64,000 nucleotides of DNA from assembly GCF_009914755.1 (NCBI RefSeq), contig NC_060942.1, one strand, 5' to 3'. Below the pieces are notes generated by a model that worked only from the letters and a program-made list of their open reading frames with translations, had not been told where the DNA came from and searched no databases. The stretch's first letter is position 1; every line of letters begins with the position of its first letter. Below, in pieces: positions 14,011 through 30,478 of the stretch. The translations under genes were made by a program, and so were the position numbers. The stretch is from the human T2T-CHM13v2.0 reference genome, Homo sapiens.

Positions 14011-15336
14011 CCGTTAGGCTTGAACTTTGGGGTAAACCACCTCCTCTTCACTCCTCACAAACGACTAACTCTATATAACCTGTTTGTGATGTGTTCTGTG
14101 TGTTTGGTGGCATTAAAATATTCAGCAGAAAAGCAAGCTTGGTACAATTTTTAAAATTCATCTTATAAAATGAGGAATAATTCACCATAAAGAAGAGATA
14201 CCAAGTGTATGAGTTTAGAATCAAGTGGCAAAGTGATTGCATACAGCAGGTAGATTGGCTCCAAAGAAGAGTCCCAAATAACTTGGTGAAGGGACACAAG
14301 TTTGCGTGGGTGAGGTCATAGTGAGGGAATTGGAATCCCGTTAAATTGTTCTCTGCATAGTAAAGAGCAATAGCCAGTAAGAGGTACACCAAGATGCAGA
14401 AAATGTTCACTCAGGCACAAATGAAAGCAAATGTAATAAACAGTTTTTGTAAGAGTTCAGATACCAACAATTTAGTAGATGGAGCTTAGATTTCATTTTC
14501 TTGTAAAGGTTTTACTGGATTATTTTCTTGTGTACAATTAAAAAAAAGAAAAAATCCCTTTCATGTATTTCATTAAAAATGTGCATTTTAAGAGAAAGCA
14601 CAAATGAGAAGATTGGGTGTTCTATTTATGATGCTTGATTATAATCATCCAGCAACTCCCCTGTAATTCTGTTCAAGGCAGTCTAAACAGAAATTATTAG
14701 GAGTTAAAGTAGAATCCAGAGAAGTGCCTATGGGGAAATTGCTCATTTTCATAAGACTAGGTTGTACCCCTTGATGTTCTCTGATGACAGAAATGTGCCA
14801 ACTGTCAAATTGTGGCCATCTCCACATTGTTTGGCTGTGAGGTCCTGCTAGCTTCTCCTTTCAGTGGCAAAACCAAACAAACCTATGGTCTGAATTTATT
14901 CTCCTCTGCATTTAACCTACTGCCCAGGTTTTATATTGCTGCTGCTTTCTCCCAGATTCAAGACATCAGTTCCAGCTTGAAGCACCTCCACAACATGAGT
15001 TACTTAAAGAGAAAACTTTTCAAATTTGTTCCAGAAATTTCTTGAGAGATGCTAACATGAAGTTTATCTGTGTTGCCCCTGGTGTGTGTTGAGTCTGTGT
15101 TTTCCGAATCCTAGAAACTGCTGAGACCATTGCATGGGAAGTAAAAATGGGTGCTGATAGTAACAAAGGAATCTACTTCTCAGAATCTTTAGGTGGGCCT
15201 GTTGGTGAGGTCACTTTTCCCTAATGGTATATTCCAGTTCCTGTAGATCCTATTCCAGTTCCCAGGACATATTCCAACCTCGACCTCCAGCCAACTTTGA
15301 ACCCCTGAAGTTGTGTGCTGATGTGTTTCTAACAAC

Positions 15337-15615
15337 ATGGTCTCACCCAAAGATCTTCCTCTTGTGCTTTTGCAGGACACTAAAGTTCCCAGCTCCATGA
15401 CTGGATCACATGCTGGAAACCCTCATATAGAAAGGAATGATCTCCCCAGACATGGTTCTCCTCAATTTTTTACAGGGAGTACTTGTGCTTCTACAAACCC
15501 ATCTCAGTGTCTGGCAGCATTTCCTTATGTCCCTTGTCAATCTTTTCTTCCTTCACCTGTGAGAGGCATTTCAGACCCACCTCATGTCTCCTCCCTCTTG
15601 CACATTCATTCTTAA
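15337..15615 (+). other. 92-codon ATG ORF / candidate exon in apparently unique sequence; function unsupported
   Basis: ORF track; internal acceptor-like cttcctcttgtgcttttgcag|G at 15375/15376; no recognisable domain. Confidence 0.2.
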
Positions 15616-16039
15616 TCTCTGAAATGATACTGCCCACATTGCTTCTCACGTCCGTCAATGAAAAAACTGACAGCTTTTAATTTCCGTTTTCTCACCTGTC
15701 CTTTGGCTCTTTACCCACTGTCATCAGACTCCCACTCAATTCTGCAAAATTGTCTTTCATTCAACGTCTTATTATATTGACCACTCTTTTCCTTTGTTTT
15801 CTGAATTATCTTTCTCTACTTCTTTGCCTTCTAGTGCTTTGGATTTCTTTTTTAGTTGTAAGATTTGGGTTTTTTGTAGAAAATAGTCAAAGTGAGAAGA
15901 TGGGCAAATAGGAACAGCTCCAGTCTGCAGCTCCCAGCATGAGTGACGCAGAAGACGGGTGATTTCTTCATTTCCAACTGAAGTACTGGGTTCATCTCAC
16001 TGGGGCTTGTCAGAGCATGAGCCGAAGCAGGGCAGGGCA

Positions 16040-16309
16040 TCACATCACCTGGGAAGCACAAGGGGTCGGGGAATTCCCTTTGCTAGCCAAGGGAAGCCGT
16101 GACAAACGGTACCTGGAAAATAGGGACACTCCCACCCTAATACTGCACTTTTCCAACAGTTTTAGCAAATGGCAGACCAGGAGATTATATCCTGTGCCTG
16201 GCTTGGAGGGTCCCACACCCACAGAGCCTCACTCACACTCACTGCTAGCACAACAGCCTGAGATCAAACTGCAAGGCAGCAGCGAGGCTGGGGAAGGGGC
16301 ATCTGCCAT
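16040..16309 (-). pseudogene. L1 ORF0 remnant (antisense 5' UTR ORF) with an in-frame stop
   Basis: MADAPSPASLLPCSLISGCCASSECE*GSVGVGPSKPGTGYNLLV...IRVGVSLFSR aligns by eye to primate ORF0 (MAGAPPPASLPPCSLISDCCASNQRDSVGVGPSEPG...IRVGVTRFSR). Confidence 0.8.
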
Positions 16310-16879
16310 TGCTGAAGCTTGAGTAGGTAAACAAAGTGGCTGAGAAGCTTGAACTGGGGGTGGAGTCCACCACAGCTCAATGAGGCCTCTGTAGACTCCA
16401 CCTCTGGACACAAGGCATAGCTGAACAAAAGGTAGCAGAAACTTCCACAGACTTAAATGTCCCTGTCTAACAGCTTTGAAGAGAGTAGTGGTCCTCCCAG
16501 CATGGAGTTTGAGATCTGAGAATGGACAGACTGTCTCCTCAATTGGGTCCCTGACCCCCGAGTAGCCTAACTGGGAGGCACCTCAGAGAAGGGGCCGACT
16601 GACTTCTCATACGGCCGGATGCCCCTCTGAGAATGAAGCTTCCAGAAGAAGGATCAGGAAGCAAAATTTGCCGTTCTGCAATATTTGCTGTTCTGCAGCC
16701 TCCGCTGGTGATACCCAGGCAAACAGGGTCCAGAGTGGACCTCCAGCAAACTCCAACAGACCTGGAGCTGAGGATCCTGACTCTTAGAAGGAAAACTAAC
16801 AAACAGAAAGGACATCCACACCAAAACCCCATCTGTAGGTCACCATCATCAAAGACCAAAGGTAGATAAAACCACAAAG

Positions 16880-17864
16880 ATGGGGAGAAACCAGAGCAGA
16901 AAAGCTGAAAATTCTAAAAATCAGAGAGTCTCTTCTCCTCCAGAGGAACACAGCTCCTTGCCAGCAACAGAACAAAGCTGGACGATCGGTAATAACAAAA
17001 TCCTCTGAGCTGAAGGAGGATGTTCGAACCCATTGCAAAGAAGCTAAAAACCTTGAAAAAAGATTCGATGAATGGCTAACTAGAATAAACAGCTTAGAGA
17101 AGACCTTAAATGACCTGATGGAGCTGAAAACCATGGCATGAGAATTATGTGATGGATCCACAAGCTTCAGTAGCTGATTCAATCAACTGGAAGAAAGGGT
17201 ATCAGTGATTGAAGACCAAATGAATGAAATGAACTGAGAAGAGAAGTTTAGAGAAAAAAGAGTAAAAAGAAATGAACAAAGCCTGCAAGAAATATGGGAC
17301 TATGTGAAAAGACAAAATCTACGTCTGATTGGTGTACCTGAAAGTGACAGGGAGAATGGAACCAAGTTGGAAAACACTCTTCAGGAGATTATCCAGGAGA
17401 ACTTCCCCAATCTAGCAAGGCAGGCCAACATTCAAATTCAGGAAATACAGAGAATGCCACAAAGATACTCCTCGAGAAGAGCAACTCCAAGACACATAAT
17501 TGTCAGATTCACCAAAGTAGAAATGAAGGAAAAAATGTTAAGGGCAGTCAGAGAGAAAGGTCAGGTTACCCACAAAGGGAAGTCCATCAGACTAACAGTG
17601 GATTTCTCAGCAGAAACTCTATAAGCCAAAAGAGAGTGGGGGCCAATATTCAACATTCTTAAAGAAAATAATTTTCAACACAGAATTTCATATCCAGCCA
17701 AACTAAGCTTCAAAAGCAAAGGAGAAATAAAATCCCTTACAGACAAGCAAATGCTGAGAGATTATGTCACCACCCAGCCTGCCTTACAAGAGCTCCTGAA
17801 GGAAGCACTAAACATGGAAAGGAACAACCAGTACCAGCCACTGCAAAAGCATGCCAAATTGTAA
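16880..17864 (+). pseudogene. L1 ORF1p, disrupted
   Basis: ATG at 16880; fragment NLRLIGVPESDRENGTKLENTLQEIIQENFPNLARQANIQIQEIQR; stops and a ~40-bp deletion. Confidence 0.93.
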
Positions 17865-17927
17865 AGACCATCGATGCTAGGAAGAAACTGCATCAACTAA
17901 TGAGCAAAATAACTAGCTAACATCATA

Positions 17928-21976
<4,049 letters not shown>

Positions 21977-22427
21977 ACAATGAGAATACTTGGACACAGG
22001 GTGAGGAACATCACACACCAGGGCCTGTCGTGGGGTGGGGGGAGGGGGAAGGAGATATACCTAATGTAAATGACAATTTAATGGGTGCAGCACACCAACA
22101 TGGCACATGTATGCATATGTAACAAACCTGTACATTGTGCACATGTACCCTAGAACTTAAAGTATAATAAAAATAAATAAATAAATAAATAAATGGAAAA
22201 TAGTCAAAGCTTTTTGTGGGCAAATGTTCTGAGAAGTTCTTATTTTACTCTTTAGTTTTATCCTGATCTGTGTTCTCACTGGAAACACACCTACTTGGGA
22301 AATGTATTTTATTTCAATTAGGCATGAAATTAGCTCAATTACTCTTCAAAGAGAAAATCCTTTTATTTACAATCTTTGGCTTGCAGTGTTTTAGGTAGAT
22401 GGAATATGTTGTGTATAGAGTGTGTTT

Positions 22428-22447
22428 TGTGTGTGTGTGTGTGTGTG
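22428..22447. repeat. (GT)n microsatellite
   Basis: Read directly. Confidence 0.9.
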
Positions 22448-22933
22448 ACAGAGAGGAGAGAGAGGGAAAACGAAATGCAAACTATTTCATAATTATATTT
22501 CTGTCTTGAGCAAGTGAAATGATTCAAATCAGACTGTAGGACTGGATGCTGCTTAACTGTGATTTTCCTGTTCAGTATATTTCACATGATGGCTGATGTC
22601 TTACCTGTTGGATATGAGCAAATAAGGCAGGCTTTGTAAAAACTTGCCAACTGGCAGTTTGACCAGACTTCATTAATTGATTTAATGGGCCACAAATTAT
22701 ATAAACCCAGGAACATATCCCCTGGATTTGCTGTAAAACCTGTCATATTCATTCGGTTGATACATTTTAATACTTAAGGTGAACCATAAAACTACTCAGA
22801 AGTGACCAAAATACCATTTTATTCTAAAAATATTCAGTTGGTGATGTCAAACACACGTGAGCTACTTATTTTTCTTTTATGTTAATTAAAAATATATAAA
22901 TAGGTTTCTCATGCAGAGCTTAGAAGTTGCCAA

Positions 22934-23405
22934 TGTGGAAGGAAAATACATCTTGCGACTCTCAAATCACTAGGCTAAAGGGAAAAGTCAAGCTGGGAAC
23001 TGCTTAGGGCCAACCTGCCCCCCATTCTATTCAAAGTCACCCCTCTACTCAATGAGATAAATGCATATCTGATCGCCTTATTTGAAGAGGCTCATCAGAA
23101 ACTCAAAAGAATATAACCATTTGCCTCTTATCTACCTATGACCTGGAAGTCCCCTCTCTGCTTCGAGTCTTCCCTCTTTTGCTTCCAGTTGTCCCACCTT
23201 TCCAGACTAAACCAAAGTTCATTGTGCATATGTTGATTGACGTCTCATGTCTCCCTAGAATGTGTGAAAACAAACTGTGCTCTGAATCCCTTGGGCACAT
23301 ATCGTCAGGACTCCCTGGGGCTGTGTCACAGGCACCCATCTTCAACCTTGGCAAAATAAACTTTCAAAATTAACTGAGACCAGTCTCAGATTATCAGGGT
23401 TCACA
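22934..23405 (+). mobile_element. MER4A1-like ERV1 solo LTR
   Basis: TG...CA ends; ctaaagggaaaagtcaagctgggaactgcttaggg; AATAAA near the 3' end; flanks ccaa/ccac. Confidence 0.85.
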
Positions 23406-24060
23406 CCACTGTAACCTAACGACTAAAAACCTAACAGAAAAATCAATAACTCTTCTTAAATCCGTCAAAGAGGTGAGCTCACAGGAAAAGCCACGGTCCC
23501 AAAACTTGGAGAGACAGATAGGTGCATACAGAGAATCACAACCTACCAGAGCAGAAAACCTGTAAGCAGAAACCTGCACAGGAACCACTGCCAGAAGAGG
23601 GAAGCCTAACCTGCAATTAACAAATTATGAGAGGCTCAGAATGGACAAGGCTGAGAGTGAACATTGCCAGGGAGACTCGAGCATAAGGAAGTCCCTACAC
23701 TTTTGTGAGCTTTACCTCTAGGAGCTTTCTCAGGGAGACAGAGCAATTATGGAAGAAAAATCCCCTCATGAATTCTGAAGCAGAAGGGAAAAAGGAACCG
23801 TTCTGAGATACAGCATAGCATTCTGCTCTTCTTTACAAGGTCTGCCTCAGGAAAAACTAGGTAACCAGAGCCTATCCTGCTGGGGTTTTTTCATCAGAGG
23901 CTACCTGACCTGGAGGAAGAGAAATAACCAGGCCAGCTCCTTTAGTTCACCCTGTCCTTCCTAAGAAGGCAAAGACTGAGAAGCACCGGTGAAGCACACA
24001 GTCCAGGGGCACAAGCTCACCAAAAAGCTGACACCTAATCACAAAACCACAGAACACTTC

Positions 24061-24233
24061 TGATGCAGTTTGGCTCTGTGTCCACACTCACATCTCATGT
24101 CAAATTGTCATCCCCACATGTCAGGGGTGAGACCTAGTGGGAGGTAATTGGATCATGGGGGCAGATTTCTTCATGCTTTTATCATGATAGTGAGTGAATT
24201 CTCACAAGAGCTGATAGTTTAAAGATGTGGCAG

Positions 24234-24266
<33 letters not shown>

Positions 24267-24443
24267 TGCCACCATGTAAGATGTGCCTTGCTTCCCCTTT
24301 GCCTGCTGCCGTGATTGTAAGTTTCCTGAGGCCTTCCCAGCCATGCAGAACTGTGATTCAATTAAATCCCCCCACCCCCCCTTTTTTTTAAATTACTCAG
24401 TCTCAGGTAGTTGTTTATAGCAGTGTGAAAACAGACTAATACA
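24061..24443 (+). mobile_element. MSTA-like MaLR 5' LTR
   Basis: tgatgcagtttggctctgtg...ctcaggtagttgtttatagcagtgtgaaaacagactaataca; internal (CT)n. Confidence 0.88.
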
Positions 24444-26249
24444 GAAAATTGGTGCCAGGAGAGTGGGGCATGACTATAAATGTACATGAAAATGCAGAAG
24501 TGACTTTGGAACTGGGTAACAGGCAAAAGTTGGAACAGTTTGGAGGGCTCAGAAGAAGACATGAAGATGTGGGAAAGTTTGGAGCTTCCTAGAGACTTGT
24601 TGAATGGTTTTGACCAAAATGCTGATGGTGATATGGACAGTAAACTATAGGCTGAGGAACTTGTTGAGAACTGGAGTCAGGTCACTCTTGCTATGCCTTA
24701 GCAAAGAGACTGGTGGCATTTTGTCCTTGCCCTAAAGATCTGTGAAACTTTGACCTCTAGAGAGATGATTTAGGGTACCTGGCAGAAGAAACGTCTAAGT
24801 GGTAAAGTGTTCAAGAGGAAAGAGAGCACAAAAATTTGGAAAAGTTGCAGCTTGACAATGGACAGAAAAGAAAAACTCATTTTCTGAGGAGAAATTCAAG
24901 CCCAATGCAGAAATTTACATAAGTAATGAGGAGCCGAATGTTAATCACCAAGACAATGAGGAAAATGTATCCAGCGCACGTCAGAGTCCTTCACGGCAGC
25001 TTCTCCCATCACAAGCCCAGAGGCCTAGGAGGGGAAAATTGTTTTGTGGGCTGGGCCCAGGGGCGCCCTGCTCTGTGCAGCCTCAGGACATGGTGCCCTG
25101 CATCCCAGGTAATTCAGCTTCAGCCATGGCTAAAAGGGGCCAATGCACAGCTCAGGCCATTGCTTCAGAGGGTGTAAGATCCAAGCCTTGGTGGCTTACT
25201 GGTGATATTGGCCCTGTGGGTGCAGAGAAGGCAAGACTTGAAGTTTGGGAACCTCTGCCTAGATTTCAGAGGATGTATGGAAACACCTGGATACCCAGGC
25301 AGGGGCAGAGCCCTCATGGAGAACCTCTGCTAGGGCAATGTGGAAGGAAAATGTGGGGTCATAGCCCCCACACAGAATTCCTAGTTGGGGCACTGCCTAG
25401 TGGAGCTGTGAGAAGAGGGCCACTGTCCTCCAGACCCCAGAATGGTAGTTCCACCAATAGTTTTCACTGTGCACCTGGAAAAACCACAGACACTCAATAC
25501 CAGCCCAAGAAAGCAGCCAAGGATGGAGCTGCATCCTGCAAGACCATTGGGGTACAGTTACCCAGGGCCATGGGAGCTCACCTCTTGCATCAGCGTGACC
25601 TGAGTGTGAGACATGGAGTCAAAGGAGATCATTTTGGAACTTTAAGGTTTAATAACTGCCCCATTGGATTTCAGACTTGCATGGGGCCTGTAACCCCTTT
25701 GTTTTGGCCAATTATTCCCATTTGCAATAGGTGTATTTACCCAATGACTATACCTCCATTGTCTCCAGGAAGTAACTTTTGCTTTTGATTTTACAGTCTC
25801 ATAGGCAAAAGGGACTTGCTTTGTCTCAGATGAGACTTTGGAGTTGAACTTTTGGGTTAAGACTGTAATGAGTTAAGACTTTAGGCCGGGCACGGTGGCT
25901 CATTTCTGTAATCCCAGCACTTTGGGAGGCTGAGGCAGGTGGATCACAAGGTCAGGAGTTTGAGACCAGCCTGGCCAACATGGTGAAACTCCATCTCTAC
26001 TAAAAATACAAAAATTAGCCGGGTGTAGTGGTGGGTGCCTGTAATCCCAGCTACTCAGGAGGGTGAGGCAGGAGAATCACTTGAAACTGGAAGGCGGAGG
26101 TTGCAGTGAGCCAAGATCGCATCACTGCACTCTAGCCTCAGTAACAAGAGTGAAACTCCATCTCAAAAAAAGGACTTTAGAGGACTTTGGAAGGGCATGA
26201 TTGTGTTAGGAAAAGTGAAGACATGAGAGGGGAGGGGCCAGGCACAGAA
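24444..26249 (+). mobile_element. MaLR internal region (MST-int-like start, THE1-int-like remainder)
   Basis: gaaaattggtgccagg after the LTR; MaLR ORF remnant 25039-25788; purine tract before the next LTR. Confidence 0.88.
25884..26170 (+). mobile_element. AluS nested in the MaLR internal region
   Basis: Full dimer; TSD a(a/g)gacttta at 25875-25883 and 26171-26179. Confidence 0.93.
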
Positions 26250-26623
26250 TGATATGGTTTGGCTTTGTGTCCCCACCCAAATCTCACCTTGAAGTGTAAT
26301 CCCCATAATTCCCACGTGTCAAGGGAGGGACCAGCTGGCAGTAATCAGGTCATGAGAGTGGATCTCCTATGCTATTCTCCTGTTAGTGAGTTCTCATGAG
26401 ATCTGATGGTTTTATAAGCATCTGGCATTTTCCCTGCTTTCACTCACTCCATCCTGCTGCCCTATGAAGAAGGTGTCTGCTTCTTCTTTGCCTTCTGCCA
26501 TGATTGTAAGTTTCCTGAGGCCTCCCCAGCAACGTGGAACTGTGAGTCATTTAAACCTCTTTTCTCTCTAAATTACCCAGTTTCGGGTATTTCTTCATAG
26601 CAGTGTGTGAATGGACTAATACA
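26250..26623 (+). mobile_element. THE1D-like LTR (middle LTR)
   Basis: tgatatggtttggctttgtgtccccacccaaatctcaccttgaa...ggtatttcttcatagcagtg...actaataca. Confidence 0.88.
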
Positions 26624-26858
26624 AAATGGGTGCATTTATCCAATGCCTGTACCCCCACTGTATCTTGGAAGTAACTAACTTGTTTTTGATTTTACAGGCT
26701 CCTAAGCAGGAGGGACTTGCCTGTCTCAGATGAGACTTTAGACTGGAATTTTGGTCTAATGCTGGAATGAATTAAAACTTTGGGGTACTGTTGAGAAGGT
26801 ATAATTGTATTTTGCAATGTAAGAAGGACATGTGATTTGAGAGGGGCAAGGGGCAGAA
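26624..26858 (+). mobile_element. MST-int 3' end with polypurine tract
   Basis: gtatcttggaagtaactaacttgtttttgattttacagg...gaggggcaaggggcagaa; paralogous to 25725-26249. Confidence 0.85.
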
Positions 26859-27191
26859 TGATATGGTTTGGCTCTGTGTACCCACCCAAATCTCATGTCG
26901 AATTGTAATTGCTATGCTTCAGGGGAGGGACCTGGTGGGAAGTGATTGGATTGTGTGGTGGATTTCCCCATGCTGCTCTTGTGATAGTGAGTAAGTTCTC
27001 ACAAGATTTGATGGTTTAGAATATGGCACTTACCACCTCCGCCTCCTGCTTCCGCTTTGCCTACTGCCATGACTGTAAGTTTCTGAGGCCTTCCCAACCA
27101 TGAGGAAATGTGAGCCAAATAAACCTCTTTTCTTTATAAATGACCCGGTCTCAGGTAGTTCTTTACAGCAGTGTGAAAATAGACTAATACA
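26859..27191 (+). mobile_element. MSTA-like MaLR 3' LTR
   Basis: tgatatggtttggctctgtg...ctcaggtagttctttacagcagtgtgaaaatagactaataca; flank aaacttc resembles acacttc before 24061. Confidence 0.88.
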
Positions 27192-28598
27192 AAACTTCCC
27201 ATCCATACCCCTTACGAGCACACCACTAAAGTCCTTTTTACCCCAAGTCCTTTCAAATGGTGCATTAAGTCCAACTTTCAATAAAAAAAATAAAATCCAA
27301 ACTAAAAGGAAACACATAAAATTAGAAGAGTCTGCAAAAGCACCAGAACTAATGTCAGATATGGTAGGAATGTTGGTCTAATCAGAAGTGAAATTTTAAA
27401 AAGTTGTGGTTAATATGCCATGGGCTTTAATGGGAAAAGTAGACAACATAAAAAGAAGATGGATAATGTAAGCAAAAAGATGAATATTCTAAAATAAAAG
27501 CTTAAAAATCTTAGAAAGCAAAAGCAGAATAACATAAATGAAAAATGTGTTTCATTGCCTCATTAGCTGACTACTCACAGCTAAGGAAAAAAATCTCTCA
27601 GCATGAAGATATGACAATAGAAATTTCCAAAAAAGTAAAGTAAAAAAGAAAGACTGGATAAAACAGGACAGAATACCCAAGAACTGTGGAACAACTACAA
27701 GTGGTATAATGCATGTATAATGGGCATAGTAGGAGAAGAAAAATGAACAGAAGACATATTTGAAAAAATAACAATTGAGAATTTCTCTAAATTAAGGTTA
27801 GACACTAAATACAATAACAAAACAAAACAAAAACAAAAACTATCTAGTTATATCATTTTTATTCTACAAATATCAGTGATTAAAAAATTGGAAAAAGACA
27901 TGTCGTAGAGAGAACACTGTCTTTAAAGGAGCAAAGATAAAAATTTCATACAACTAAGTAGCCACTATGCAAAAAGAAGAGAGTAGAGTGAAAGTCTTAA
28001 AGTATTGAGAGACAAAAATAAACAAACCATACTTTGTACACTGTGAAATTATCCTTCAAGAGTGAAAGAGAAATAGACATTCCCAGAAAAACAATAATTG
28101 ACAAAATTTCTTGTCGGTAGACCTGCTTTGCAAGAAATGTAAAAAAAGGTCTCAAAACAGAAGAAAAACTGTATAGATTATAAACACAGATCTACAGAAA
28201 GAAAGAACACTGACAAAAGAATAAGCGAAGGTAAACAAAGACTTTTATTTTTCTTATACTTAATTGATCTAACATGTAACAGTTTGTTCAAAATAATAGT
28301 AGCAAAAATGTATTCACTTCTGTATACTTATAAATATATAGTATTTGAATATAAATAGATGTTTATGTAAGCATGTGTATCAATAAAATAATTGACAGCA
28401 CTAATACAAGAAATGGGAAAAAGGTATTAGGAATATTTTAAATCACAAGATACTTTTATTCCTGTGAAGATGTACATTGCTATTCGAAAGAAGACTGTGA
28501 TAGATTTACATGTATATTACAAATTCTAGGACAACTACTGAAAAAAGGGGAAAAAGGAAGTACCATTCATATGCTGAGAAAGGGAAAACATTGAATCA

Positions 28599-28949
<351 letters not shown>

Positions 28950-29189
28950 TCATCAGAGTGGATCAAAAAACCAAATCCAATTATATGTTGTCTATAGAAA
29001 ACCACTTTAAATATATGAGCACAAATAGATTAAAAATAAATGGATGGAAAAGAAGGTATACCATGCTAACCGATAACAATAAACAAAAGAAAGCAGGAGT
29101 CACTATATTAATTTCAGACAGTGCAGACCTCAGACCAAAGAAAAATATAACAGATCAAAGGGGCATTGCATAATGATGAAGGGGCTTGT

Positions 29190-30170
<981 letters not shown>

Positions 30171-30184
30171 AAGTAATACTCCAA

Positions 30185-30478
<294 letters not shown>

